Origin: Mobula hypostoma
Lineage: Eukaryota
Direction: 5' to 3'
Assembly: GCF_963921235.1 (NCBI RefSeq)
Contig: NC_086118.1
Location: 27,902,001 to 27,966,000, forward strand
Length of the DNA stretch: 64,000 nucleotides
In this document: piece by piece, positions 48,789 through 62,220 of the stretch
Numbering within the stretch: position 1 is the first letter of the stretch
Layout: the number at the start of each line of letters is the position of its first letter
Notes under the pieces: generated by a model
The model's database searches: none
The model's input: only the letters and a program-made list of their open reading frames with translations
What the model was told of the DNA's origin: nothing
Translations under genes and position numbers: made by a program

Positions 48789-51700
48789 TGTAACCCTTGG
48801 GCTCGCCCAGTTCGTGTCCGTCTAGGGAAATCAGCCTTCGGCCCTGCGAAACTGGCTAATCATGTTTGTGTGGATGCTGTGTAATGTACCCCCGGTTACA
48901 AACCCACAACGCAAAATATCAGACAGTACACCATATGCAATTAAATAATTGAACTTTATGAATCTTAATCTGAATATAGGGTTAGTAATGAAAATAAAAA
49001 AGGGCCCAATTCAAGTCAAAGTTCACATTGGAGTTCACTCAGTCGTCATTCTTCCACCATCGATTTCCTCCGAGCGTCGCCGACCTTCGGACCATCAGAT
49101 CCCAGTCCACTGCGTCTGGCGGTCTACCAGTTCTCTCCACACGCGTCTTCCCTCTTCATCTCTCCTCGACAAAAACCAAGAAAAAAACATCCTTCCAGAT
49201 ACACAAGACAAAGCAACAATCTCAAATTGGTTAACATGCATAACGATAGTCCTGTTATCTCCAGCTATAACCCAAACATCTCTGCTACAGGGAAACCGTT
49301 ACCTCAGCAGTGAACATCACAGAGAAGCCATTACATTAGCTTTAGCAATGAAACATTACAAAGGAGCCATTACATTCTCCCCCCACCAAATTTAGTCATG
49401 TCCTCATGACAACGAGATAATTCGCCAACCCTTCCTGCAAAACACAAAGCCCAATCCAGGTGCAAAAGGCAGTGACGTAGCTCCCCAGAACAGTGGAGAT
49501 CATGCCCTGTTCTCCAGGTACTACATAGGCCAACTTATCTGGTGGTCTCCTCATTCTTTGAGACCTCCGTACCTCCTCACCTAAATCTTCAGACTCGGAC
49601 GCTACTGGGGATACTTCAGGTCTACTTGGCGAGTCCTCCCTCGATTTATCACTCATGCCCCAATGCAACTTGGAGCCCTCCGTCCCATGTCCAGGCCCGG
49701 CTTCCTCTCCTTCAGGGTCCTGCTGTAACCCAGGCTGCCCACAGATAGCACCCCCCCCCCACTTCACCTGACTTAGTGGGAGAATGGCCAGGAGTCTCTT
49801 CCTCAATCCATGGGGAGTTAGCAAAAGGCAGCATGTACCACATCTCCAGATCATCATCCTTTGAATCAGTATCCCCCTCATGGGTGGAGCCCAGCCCAGC
49901 CTCTCCTGCTGTGGGCCCTGCAGTCACCCCACGTTTTTGCATAGTCCTCTTACTAGGTGTAGGCTCCAAGTCGGACTCTGGGTCTACCCGCCCCTCTTGT
50001 CCCGAGGCAACAGGTGGTTCCGATGGAGAATCTTGACAGGCCCATTCCCCTGCTCTGGTTTCACCCAAGAAACTGGTAGGTTTGGCATCTGACTCTCCAC
50101 CACATAGGGTATGGCCACCCAGCGGTCAGCCAACTTGTGCTTTCAAATTCCTTACAAGGACTTGGTCTCTCAGCAGGAGTTGGGAGAACTTCACTTTTTG
50201 ATCATACCTCCTCTTATTTCCTTGGTTTTGCTTGGCAGCCGCGACCCCAGCCAATTCATAAGCCCTTTTCAGCTCTCTCCTCATATCAGACACATACTTC
50301 AGATAAGGCTTCGGTGGTAAGTCACCCTCATCAGTCCCAAAAAAAAGGTCAAAGGGCAACCTCACCTCGCGCCCAAACATCAGATAATATGGCAAGTACC
50401 CAGTAGCTTCATTTTGTGTACAGTTGTAACAGTGAACTAGATGCCCAATATGTTGACTCCACCTGCTCTCCTTGCTGATCTCCAGGGTCCTGAGCATGTC
50501 TAGCAAGTTGCGATTAAACCTCTCAGGCTGGGGATCGCCCTGTAGGTAATAGGGCATGGTCCTCAACTTCTCAACTCCAAGCATGCCCAATAACTCATTA
50601 ATGAGTCTGCTCTTAAAGTCCCGTCCCTGGTCACTAGGTATCCACCTGGGAAGGCCATAATAAATGAAATACTTCCCCTATAACACTTTTGCCACTGTAG
50701 TTGCCCTCTGGTCCTTGGTAGGAAAAGCCTGAGCATATCTGGTGTGGTGGTCCACGATGACTAAGACATTTGCCATGTTGCTGGTATCAGGTTCTATGGA
50801 CAGGTAATCCATACACTCCAGGTCCAGGGGCCCTGCACTCTGCAAGTGGGACAAAGGAGCTGCCCGCGTAGGCAGTGTCTTCCGCTGTATGCAGCGAATG
50901 CACAACTTGCAGCATTCTTCAACCTCCAACTTCATTCAGGGCCAGTAAAACCGGTCTCTGAGCAATCCATAGGTCTTTTCCACCCCCAAATGTCCAGCAT
51001 CATCATGAAGTGACTTCAACGCAATCCTCCAATACTTCTTGAGCAGGACCAGCTGGCAATGCCCGGGTCGGTCTGGGGGTGACGTGACCTGGTATAAGGT
51101 CTGGTTCTTCAACTCCGTTGGAGGCCATTCTTCAGTAATGGAGGCACCAAAGCATGTTTCGTCTTCTCCACCTGAGCCATGTCTCCCTTTTCGACCGCAG
51201 ACCAAATAATGCCAATGCCCGGATCATTTCGCTAAGCAGCTACCACTTCCCCAGAACTCAATTCCGGCAGCTGATTTCTCTTCAGAGCAGTCAGGTTACA
51301 GTAAACTTGGGGGATGGTGTCATCAGAAGCCCCCAATTGATCCACTGCTCGATCCTGCCTCTCCTTTCCCTCTGCCTTCACGGTGATGGCAAACGGACAC
51401 ATGGCCTTCACCCCAGGGGCAGGAACGCTCTCCCACTCCTCGTCCCTGTCCAGTCCCTCATGCACCCGTCAGGACAAAGCATCAGCATCAACGTTCCTGC
51501 TTCCCGGCCGGTACTTCAGGCTGAAATCATAGGCGGCCAACGCTGCCAACCACCGATGGCCTGTGTCATCCAGTTTCGCCGAGGTTAGGATGTAAGTTAG
51601 GGGGTTGTTGTCCGTCCTCACCTGAAACTTGGCCCCGAAGAGATAGTCACTCAGTTTATCCACCATTACCCATTCCAATGCCAGGAATTCCAACTTGTGC

Positions 51701-52870
51701 ATAGGATAGCTTCTCTTGGAGGGCGACAAACTCTGGCTGACAAATGCCACAGGTCTCAACCCGGTGTCTTGATCCTGATAGGACACCCCCTAAACCCTCT
51801 CGGCTGGCATCTGTGTGAAGTACATACAGCAATCGGGAGTCTGCAAAAGCCAGCACCGGTGCCTGGGTCAGCAGCTCTTTCAACGACTGAAAAGCCTCCT
51901 CACACTTTACATCCCACTTCTGTCCGAAGGGCTCTGACAGGTTTAGATATTCTCCACCTTCCTGTCCTTTTTACCCCCTTCCCTTTCTTCCCCAAGGGAG
52001 GGAAACCACACAGAAGCTGATTCAAGGGGAGACTCACTTTGGCATGGCCCTTCACGAATCTCCGATAATAACCACAGAATCCAAGGAACGAGCGCAGAGT
52101 GCTCACAGTCTGGGGCCTTGGCCAAGTGGTCACCGCTTCTATCTTGGCTGGGTCTGTAGCTACTCCATTGTGAGATTATGTGTCCGACGTAGCAAACAGA
52201 TGTTTTGCAGAACTGGCACTTGTCCAGGGAAGAGGTACAGTAATGTGACCTGCGACCCGGTGTCGAGTATGGCTTTAGCGTATAATCCCTCTATCCGTAG
52301 CAACACACTGGAACGTGGTCCCACTAAGCCTTCAGGAATAGGGTCTTTTGCTTTCCGGAGTTCCTTCGTTCATTGCTGGGAACGTGTTCCCCCAGAGACG
52401 CCAGACCGTTCCCTCACTGGGTCTCCCCTAAGTTTCTCGACACCTCTCCCTGCTTAGATGCCCAGGGAGCTCACTCTCTGAGGGGCTTCCTGCGGCTCAC
52501 ATTCCCACCAGAAGTGTCCCTCTTCCCCACAGTTATAGCACACGCTACCGGCCGCCCCTCTTCTCTCGGAACCCCAGCCACCCTCAGCCCTCTGCATATT
52601 CTGTCCCCTTGGAGGGGGGCCCTCACTACCAGACCTATCATATGGAGGGTCTACACCTGCTGTTAATACCCGGGACATCTCAGTTCTCAGTTCTGCCACC
52701 ATCTCCTTTACCATTCCTTGGGTTGGGCTGGCCCTGGTCACTTCACCACAAGAGGCTACTGCTGAGGACTGTACCCTGCTGACGGAGTCCTCTCGCGGCT
52801 CCAACGCGTTCTCTTCCTCCCGCAGCTCTCTGATCAGCTGAACAAATGAGGGAGGGGTGCGCGTTTTACC
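48789..52870 (-). mobile_element. Gypsy LTR retrotransposon, 5'-truncated (3' LTR 48789-49374)
   Basis: TGTAAC...TTACA LTR; PPT GGTGGGGGGAGAA; integrase (LECMDYLSIE, PERFNRNLL), RNase H (HTDASREGLG, KLEFLAL, TDNNPL), partial RT, protease (AILDTGS), gag CYNCGEEGHFWWEC; no second LTR. Confidence 0.92.
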
Positions 52871-52949
52871 TTTAGAAGGTGTGTGACAAACAGCTCAATG
52901 TGAATGTGATTCCTGCTCATCCTAGTGCCAGCTGGCTGAGGATTGGATA

Positions 52950-53232
52950 GGCCCTGTGGCCAAGTGGTTAAGGCGTTAGACTAGTGATCTGAAGGCCATG
53001 GATTCGAGCCTCGGCCAAGTCAGCATGTGTGTCCTTGAGCAAGGCACTTAACCACACAGTGCTCCAGTGCTACCCAGCTGAGAATGGGCGCCGGCAAAAA
53101 TGCTGGGGGTTAACCTCGCGATAGACTGGCGTCCTATCCAGGGGGGAGTCTCGTACTCTCAGTCGCTTCACTTCACGGAAACTGGCATAAGCACTGGCCT
53201 GATGGGCCACAAGGCTTGTGACAGACTTTAAT
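52950..53232 (+). mobile_element. tRNA-derived SINE with conserved central domain (CORE/Meta/V-type)
   Basis: A box TGGCCAAGTGG, B box GATTCGAGCC, then GTGTCCTTGAGCAAGGCACTTAAC and GCGATAGACTGGCGTCCTATCCAGGG. Confidence 0.8.
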
Positions 53233-53818
53233 AATTTAAAAACCTCTTATCTTCTATTTACATTATGAGAGCCCTCTCAGTTACAATGTGTTTTGTTCTG
53301 AATTCATTTCACGGTTGAGCTGTTGAAAGAGACTGTAGATCGTCCAACAGCCCTTAAGCAGGTACCCGGGATCAACATAATAGAAGCTACTGTACCTGAT
53401 GTAAATAGGGGACAGATTTTTTTTTATCAGGATGTTCAATAATACTGGCAACTGACTTGGAAAATAACCGTGGTAAACATTTTGATGTCTTGACCTGTGG
53501 CTTTTGGACAGCAAATTGGCATTTTATAAACTAATATCACTGCCTGCCAAAGCAATTATTAGCAGAATTGTGATACAAGGTTATCAGGTACTTAGGAGGA
53601 GCCATGTAGAGTACAATGTGTACTATTCAAAGCACAAGGAAGATATTCATGTTCCGAAAGAATGTTAAAGTCCTGGTGTTAATGGTCTGATATGCTTTAG
53701 AAACAGGTACAAAAGCCATAGCAAAAGAAATTCTGAGTGATGATTCCATGGACTTGACTTAGAAAAGTATATGAAATTGTGAAACTTGTTAACAAATGTT
53801 AGACTTTGGTAAATTAAA

Positions 53819-53920
53819 CAGAGAAAGGGAGAGAGAGGGAGAGAGAGAGAAAGAGAGAGGGAAAGAGAGAGGGAGAGAGAGAGGGAGAGAGACTGTGAGA
53901 GAAAGGGAGAGAGAGAGAGA
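53819..53920. repeat. (GA)n-rich microsatellite
   Basis: Directly visible. Confidence 0.95.
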
Positions 53921-54049
53921 TTGTAGCTGAAGATAGAAGAGGTATAAATTGCAGAATGCAGAGGTCAGAATGGTCAATGACGGTTTTAGTAATTCAAACC
54001 ATATCCATTAGTTTTTGGTCATGTAGGACTAGCAGATTTTCTGGACTAC

Positions 54050-54380
54050 ATTAGATTAGATTGACTTTATCTATCACATGTACTTCGAAGCATCAAAATA
54101 TACAGTGAAAAGTGTCGCTTGCGCCAGTGCCCAACACAGTCCGAGGATGTGCTGGGGCAGCCTGCAAGTATCCCCATGCTTCCTGCACCACCATAGCATG
54201 TCCACTCTAACCTGAATGTCTTCGGAGTCTGGGAGGAAACCAGAGCATTTGGAGGAAAACAAGACAGTCATGGAAAGAATGTACAATCTCCTTACAGACG
54301 GCAGTGGGAATTGAACCTAATCACCCATCACTGGCAGTGTAAACTATTACATTAACTACCATCCTACTGGGCTGCTCCCA
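54050..54380 (-). mobile_element. V-SINE (HE1-like)
   Basis: Minus strand GGTTCAATTCCCACTGCCGTCTGTAAGGAG...GTTTCCTCCCA V-domain; (tctaa)n tail. Confidence 0.75.
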
Positions 54381-54949
54381 TTCCACTCAGACATTTCCTT
54401 TTTAATTGCAGGAAGCAGATTAAACTTGGCAACTCCCATTCAAACAATTCCAGAACCTTTGCTTTGGTTCATCTCAACATGATTTTGATCGGTTTGTTCA
54501 TGTTTTGAAACCATATCTGATAAATTTCTATAAAGAACTTCAGTCATGCAGCTTGTCATGATAAAAATTTAGCCATTATTCGTAAGAAATCGGTTCATAG
54601 TTCATAATGGATCAACATTTTTTTAAAAGAATTAGCCTCTGGCTGTGAAGGTTATGTATCAACATCTAGCACAGAGCCACTCATGTAAGATGCCATGAAT
54701 GTATTTTCATTGAAGGAGCGGTTGTTTTGACTAAATGCAAGTACTTATGCGGGTAATTAAGACAACTGAAAATCCCCTTAAGCCAAATCTGTCTACTAAG
54801 TAAAAGATATAGTTGCATCCTTCATGCTCATTTTTTAAATTTCTAAATAATTTGTAAAAAGATCTAAAAGAAATCTAAAGGAAGTGCATGGCTTTATTTA
54901 CCCTCATAGTGTCATCCACTCTATGCAATCATGGTGTTAACAGTCCTGT

Positions 54950-57900
54950 CTTCTTCTTCTTTGGTTGTCCATCGAAATCGGATGACGACATCCCTCCTTT
55001 AACGGTAAGATCTTTGATGACTACACTGTCCTATCCTGGACGCACAAGCTCTGGTGCAGGTGGGACATGTATATGTGGTAGTGGTGGCAACCATGGCTGC
55101 ATTTCTCCTGGCTCTCTTCTGCTGTCTTCTGGTTGTTCTTTCCATCTCCAGAATACGAACCCCGTCCCTACACAGCCGCCACCGAACGGCACGGCCAGCA
55201 GTAATATCCTCCAGGTCCTCGGGTCCGATCCCGCACCTCCTCAAAGCATTCTTCATCTGATCCTTACAGCCACTCTTCGGCCCTCCAGCCGAGCGTTGAC
55301 CATGATGCAGCTGGCCGTATAACACTCTGCGGGGTAGCAGACATGGGGGCATCCCTATCACGTGCCCCAGTCACTGCAGCTGACGCTGGGTGATCATGGC
55401 CTCAATACTCCTGCAGTTGGTCTTTACAAGTATTTCAGTGTGAGGCACCCGCTCACGCCAGGTAACTTCCAGGATGCGCTGGAGGCAGCTTATGTGGAAG
55501 CGCTCCAAGGACTTGATGTGACGGCTGTAGGTTACCCAAGCTTCACAGCTATAAAGGAGGGTGGTGACACAGACCGCTTTGTATATGGCGACCTTTGTGG
55601 AGGGACAAAGGCTCCCGTTTTGAAAGACTCTACGCCAAAGTCTCCCAAAGGCAGTTGATACCTGTTTAATGTGGCTCTGGATGTCGTTGTCAATGCCGCT
55701 ATCCTCAGAGAGAATGCTCCCCAGGTATTTGAAAGATGGCACCACTGACAGCTTTTCATCACCAACAGTGAAGGCAGGTAGAGTGGGTGGGACACGGCAC
55801 CCCACCAGCAAACCACTCCTGCCCTGTGGCACTGACAGCCAGCCCCATCCTGCTGTACGCTCTCACCGCCACTGCAAGGACAGTCTGAAGATCCTCCGGA
55901 GTATGGGCCACAAGAGCACAGTCATCTGCATACTGCAGCTCCAGGACCCGCTCTCTACGGAGTTTGGTGGTTGTGCGGAGCCTCCTGATGTCAAAGAGGT
56001 TGCCATCTAATCTGTCGTCCACTGCCACACCGCTGCTGTCTTCAGTCTCATTGTGGAGAAGCTTGGTAACACACAAGAGGAAGATGTTAAAGAGCACTGA
56101 CGCTAGCACACCCCCCCCCCCCGCCTCACCCCTGTGCATACAAGGAAGGGCTCGGACTCCAGTCCTCCCATGGTCACCCGAGCAGTCACCCCACCGTGGA
56201 ACCGGCGGAGGATGTTAACAAATTTATTGGGACAGCCAAACCTGAGGAGGACATCCTATAAGAGCTCTCTTTGCACAGTGTTGAATGCTTTGGAGAGGTC
56301 AACAAAGGCCATAAACAGGTTCTGATGCTGCTCCGGGCACCCTTCCTGAAGCTGCCGGGCTGTGAAGATCATGTTGATCGTGCTCCTGCTCTTCCTAAAT
56401 CCACACTGTGATTCAGGCAGCATTGACTCGGTGATGTTGCTGATGAGTCTCTGAAGCATCACCTTAGCCAGGACCTTTCCAGCAACAGAAAGGAGTGATA
56501 TGCCCCCACCACTGCCGCAGATGGCCTCACCACCCCTGCTCTTACAAATGACAACGATGCTTGCATTTCTCCGTTGCTGTGGGATGATCTCATCGGTCTT
56601 GGCCTTGGTGCTATACTGGTAGAGGCTGCGCATACCCATGTATCCTCCATTCTTCAGTAACTCAGCAGGGATATTGTCAGTGCCAGGGACTTGTTCTTAA
56701 GGGAATGGACAGCTGATAGAACCTCCTGGAAGGCTGGTGGTAAACTGAGGTCATGGATAGGAGGAAGTTCAGGCAGTTCGTCCAGGATGGTGGGGTCTGC
56801 AACAGAGTCCTGATTAAGCAGGGTGTTAAAATGCTCAGCTCACCTCAGCAGAATGGTATTCTGATTCTTCAGAAGTGTTAGACCATCTGCTGTTTTCAGG
56901 GGAGTAACACATCGATTTATTGGGCCATAGATGATTTTGACAGCATTGTAAAAATTATGCATGTCATTATTATCAGCAAAGGACTGGATTTCATGTGCCT
57001 TTTCAGTCCACCACTTATTTTGTATGGCCCGTATTGCCTTTTGCACTTTCCTCCGAGCTGCCTGCCAATGCTGCCTGATGCTGGTGGATGACGGGTTGTC
57101 TAAAGTTGCCCGATGTGCTTTGTGCATGTCCTTAAGCAAGTTGTGGATGGTGTCTGAGTTATCGTCAAACCAGTCTTGGTGGGTCCTGCTCTTATGGCCG
57201 ATGGATTGGGATATGGCCTCATAGAGCGCAGAGCTGCTATAGGTCCACCGTTGTTCCATGGTATTTTCTGAGCTCAGACAAGGTTCCAGCTCCCTTAGTT
57301 TCTCAGCTAGGATGCGTCAAAACATATTTCTTGCTTCTGTCTTTCTCAGGCGGTTACAATTTAGCCGCTTTTCATTGGGTTTTTGCAGCCGCAAGGGGTT
57401 CGAACTTTCATATGGAGCTTGGCCACAATCTTATGGTGGTCAGTCCAGCACTCTGCACCTCTCATGGCACGGGTGATGAGAACATCCTTGATGTCACTAT
57501 GTCTCACAATGATGAAGTTGATCATGTGCCAATGTTTAAGGCAAGGGTGAATCCACAAGGTCTTATATTTTGCCTTCTGCTGGAAGATGGTGTTGGTCAT
57601 GGTAAGGTTATGCTCAGAGCAAAGAGTAAGTAGCCTCATGCCATTTGCATTCACCTTGCCAATACAATGCCTACCTAGCACTCCACTCCATATCCTGTTG
57701 TTCTACCCCACCCTAGCGTTGAAGTCCCCAAGCAAAAGGATCTTATCATACTTAAGGATCCAGAAAAGAGCTTCATCCAATGTCTGATAAAAGCATTCCT
57801 TGGCCTCATTCTCAGATGGCAAAGTTGGTGCATAGGCACTGAGAAACGTGGCATAACGTTTCTTTGCCAGGGGGATACGGAGGGTCATTAGTCTTTCTCT

Positions 57901-58789
57901 AATGCCAACAGGTGTGTCTGTGAGACTTGGTAGAAAGGTGTTCTTGATGGCCAATCCTGCTCCATGGAAATGTTGTCCACCTGGGGGTGAAACCTTTCCA
58001 GAAGAAGGTGTAACCCATCCCCTCCTCTGTTAAAGAGCCTTCATCCAGGAGCCTGATCTCACTCAGGGCAGCAATGTCGATGTTGTAGCGCCTCAGCTCA
58101 GCAGCGATCAAGGTTGTTCTCGGTGAGGTCTGTCAGAGATGCCATACGAGTCCAGGAGAGTCCTTATGTTCCATGTTGCCAGTTTTAGATTGTATTGTTT
58201 CTTATTTCGACCGCAGTAGTGGAATAACCTATCCAGGTGAGTGATTAAATGGGCAATTTTTAGGTCACCTTTTCTAGGCCCTTCCCCAATTGAGGTGAGC
58301 AGTGCAGTCCCTAAGTAGGCTGTTCAGTCGCACAGGGGTCTGCCGAAAACAGCTGCCACTCAGTCCCAGCTGCTCGCGACCAAATACCCTGTGTCACTGC
58401 CGTGCAGGGTTCTGACTAGGAGCTCCCAGTCCACTCGTACCTGCTCCCGTTGCCAGACGCCCCATCACCGTCAGACTTCAACCATATGTAAGGTCCAGGT
58501 ATTGTTCACCACGGTCAGAGGTGAAGACCTGCGCACGGAAGATTTTAAAGTGCCCACAGCGGGTGCGCCATCCCCAGTAGCACTATCTTCACCATGATGC
58601 GGTAAATCCCGGTGGCAAGGGTGATCCCAGGATAACCGATCCCACATCTTGGCTGCAGGAGGCTGCCAAGTCCTTAGTCTGTTAAAGTCCGCCTATTGCG
58701 CGCTGCCAGCACATTGGTTTTCTGTCAGGGTGTGCTGTCTTAGCCTTGTCTCAACAGACTTGCCACAAGGCAGTGGGGCTATTTGCCCA
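54950..58789 (-). mobile_element. Full-length RTE (BovB-like) LINE, decayed
   Basis: Exact 12-bp TSD TAACAGTCCTGT (54938-54949, 58790-58801); (GAA)n tail; APE (LATWNIRTL, IAALSE, SAYAPT, GDFNARVG, TDH), RT (ESQCGFR, FVDLSKAF, LQYADD), C-terminal CPTC...SHQRS; about 570-bp 5'UTR. Confidence 0.95.
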
Positions 58790-60156
58790 TAACAGTCCTG
58801 TACATTTGTAATGTTAGCACATTTTATTACAAAGCACTATAGCCATTCATATCAACTCATACTGAGATTAAGCATATCAGCACCAGGGTGTACTTGTCTC
58901 CTGCTCTGCTGAATTTCATGGCAATTTATTATTCCTTTGAATACAGGCGTAAGAATTAACAGCACGTTACTTGGAGGATGAAAAGTTTCAGCAGGTGTTT
59001 TCCAACTCCATTCTCATACTACTCTCAAAATAAGTGGCATGGTAGTTTATTTAATGTTATTTAATAAATTGACTGCTGTTTTCCATCCTTGGATATCGTA
59101 ATGTTTTAGACCATAACCAGATGGTCAAGATTATCCAGAACTCTGAGGTTATCGAAGTAGTGAAATGAAAGTGGGCAATGTGTATTGGAGTATTTAATGT
59201 GCAGATTTAATGGAGGAGAATCGACTCCTTAATGGTGGGAGGTCAACATATGAGGTGACTATCTGCAGAGCAGGTTGATCATGACATGAGTAGGTGTGCA
59301 ATGTTGCCCTGGCACTTTGACACCAGATATCAATAACTCAGATTATTCCACTGGAACTAAACACCTCAGATGAAATTTTGATCAGTAGGAAAAGTGATAA
59401 GTAGCAAGAAATATTCATACCACTGAAGTGCCAGACAAGAGTTCTCTTTTTCAAGAAAGAGTCCAAACATCTACTTGACATTCACTCACACAGTCAATAA
59501 CACAGCACAGCAAAGATTGTTCTTCCTGAATACATGTGAGTGTATCTTATGGATTTTGTGCTGCTGATTATGAGAATCACCATGAAATTTCCCTATTGCT
59601 CACCATTTTGAAAAAAATCGCATATACGTGTTATTTCAATTCATAATTCAAGTCAGAATAACTGATGCCAAATTAAGGAAGGCATTATTTTCAGTCCACA
59701 AATCAAACAAGTTATCAATGCTTGTCATGTTGACATATAATCCTCAACTCCAAAAGGTCTTGTCTCAAAAGGAATGTCTAGGAATAGTCTGCAGAGTTGT
59801 ACTGTGGGTTAGGAGTAAGATTTTATGTTTTCAGTAGAGACAGGCAGAAGGTCGCTGCATTGTTCTGTTATTATTGGCTACTTGTCTGCTTCTTTCCTGT
59901 TTTCCTCAGGGCAAAACCAGCCCAAGAGAAGTCACACTACAGGGGTGCCTAAGACTTCTTAGTACTGTCATATGTGCACCCTATCCTCCATCAGGTTAAG
60001 TCGGACTAACGTAGTTTCATTAGCACCATTCCTCATTTCTAAGCTCAATAGTAGAACCGATCCTGTTTGAGTATAGACAAACAATTAATTTTTCTCTTTG
60101 GTTTCTTTTTACTGGTATTATTTTATTAAGTTAAAAATCCCTTACAACATTAAATC

Positions 60157-60265
60157 ATAGACCATAAGACCATTAGACATAGGAGCAGAATTAGGCCATT
60201 CAGCCCATCGAGCCTGCTCTGCCATTCCATCATGGCTGATCCCAGATCCCACTCAATCCCATACA
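60157..60265 (-). mobile_element. CR1 3' tail
   Basis: (accataag)n tail and GGAGCAGAATTAGGCCATTCAGCCCATCGAG. Confidence 0.75.
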
Positions 60266-61349
60266 TCAATGTAAAATGATACAAATATTCATATATTCAA
60301 TCTATATACATCTTCCACAACACTTGATTTGTCTTCTGTCACCAGAATTCATATTATAAATTTGACAGTAACATTTTTACTGTCGTCAAATCTATCATCT
60401 CAAGTTCTTGCTACTGTGGGAAGTTGGGTGCCCATTCAGTGAATGTACTTTTATGTTGACAAGTTTTAATTCCATTTAATTCTGACAATCTCAATATTAG
60501 CATCCAGGGATGGGCTTTCCTCATTTGATAATTATATAGTCTACTTTAATGTCATTACATTGCCCCTTGGCAAGTGTGTATAAGCAAATCATGTCTAAGT
60601 TTAGCAATCATTTCTTATTTTGTTTACCTTCTATCAGTTTTCTTCTGAGTATGATCATGGGTTTGTGATGAGAATCTATCACTCTTTTGGTCATATTTAT
60701 TGCTGTTGGGGAAAGTCATATCTATCTATGTATTATGTTATGTTAAAAATCAGTGGATTCCTGACTGTGGTATCAAACCTAGCTTGTTACTAAGATTTGA
60801 CATCACACTGAACTACATCAATGCTGTTCAAGTTGAGAGCAAGAGCAAGAATGTAATACTAAGGCTTTATAAGGCATTAGTCAGATTGCACTGTGAGTAT
60901 TGTAAGCAGTTTTGGGCCCTTACCTAAGACAATGCTAAGAAAGCACTGGAGAGCGTTGAGAAGATGTTCATGAGTTTGGTGAGTTATTTATAAGATAGAT
61001 GGTGCAAAATTATATTTTCCTGTAAAGTCTGAATTTACGGGAATAATTTTGCATCATCTATCCTATAAATAATTCACCAAATCTTGAGTGTCTAAAGGAG
61101 ATCACTTCTGATTCTTCCAAATACCAGTGGATTTGAGGATGAGCTTCCTCAATCTCTTTTGTAATCGGCCAATAGTCTGTGCAACCCCTTTGTCAATGTG
61201 AATATACTCTTTGGAGACAAAAGTGACTATAGAAGTTAGAGGCTGGAGTTATGAACAATCTGCTAGAGGAACTCCGCAGGACATGTTGCAGGGCTTTGAC
61301 CTGAAGTATTGACAATTCCATTCCCCCCCCAGATGATGCTCCCTCCAAG

Positions 61350-61750
61350 AGGCCCACAGCCTTGTCATAGGATTTGGAGGCTTGCGTGCCTCAATGATCC
61401 AGAGAGCTATGTTGACTGGAGTCAGGGCCCTGTACTTTAACTCATGGTAGGGTTAACCATACCAAACAGTTCAAAGGGTGGAGGCCAGATTAAGAGAGGT
61501 CCACCAGCCCTCTGTCCATCTCAGGGCTAACAACCCTGACTGGTCGACAAAAATCTGTTGCAGAAGCAGCAATGAAGAATCCTGTGTCTGCGTGCAATGG
61601 TATCCCTGAGTCTACACCCAGGATTTGCCTGACTGACAGTAGTGAAAACCAGGAGGAAGCTACTGCCATAATGAAGGAAGACCCGAACACTGCCAAGATC
61701 AAGAGCAGAATATTTTACTGCCCTAAACACAGCAGCCTAACATGATGACA
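61350..61750 (+). mobile_element. RTE-5'UTR-derived non-autonomous element
   Basis: GGCTTGCGTGCCTCAATGA...GAGAGCTATG...GGTAGGG...GGGCTAACAACCC motifs typical of RTE 5' ends; (gat)n-like end. Confidence 0.5.
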
Positions 61751-61940
61751 GATGACGGTCAACCCTTTAAGCTCCTCCAGCAGGTTGTTTGTTGCAAATT
61801 ATTTCTTTTGTTCGATATATACTGGAGATCTAAGAATCACACATACCCCCAAATGAAATACTCCAACCCTCCTGTAATAAAGGACAATAAACAATAGAAT
61901 GCTGTGCCTGCAAGGTTCATACCTGCAAACTCCAATGTAT

Positions 61941-62220
61941 GAATCAGAATCAGAATCAGGTTTATTATCACCAGCATGTGTCGTGAAATTTGTGAACTTG
62001 GCAGCAGCAGTTCAATGCAATACATAATACAGCAGAGAAAAAAACAGAATAAAATAATAATAATATTAAATAAATAAGTAAATCAATTACAGTCTACATA
62101 TATTGAATAGATTAAAAATCATGCAAAAAAACAGAAATAATATACATTAAAATTGAGGTAGTGATCAAGGGTTCAAAGTCCATTGAGGAGCTGGATGGCC
62201 GTGGGGAAGAAGCTGTTCCA
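61941..62220 (-). mobile_element. Rex-Babar 3' tail
   Basis: (tcagaa)n tail plus GGTTTATTATCAC; matches 41270-41495. Confidence 0.8.
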
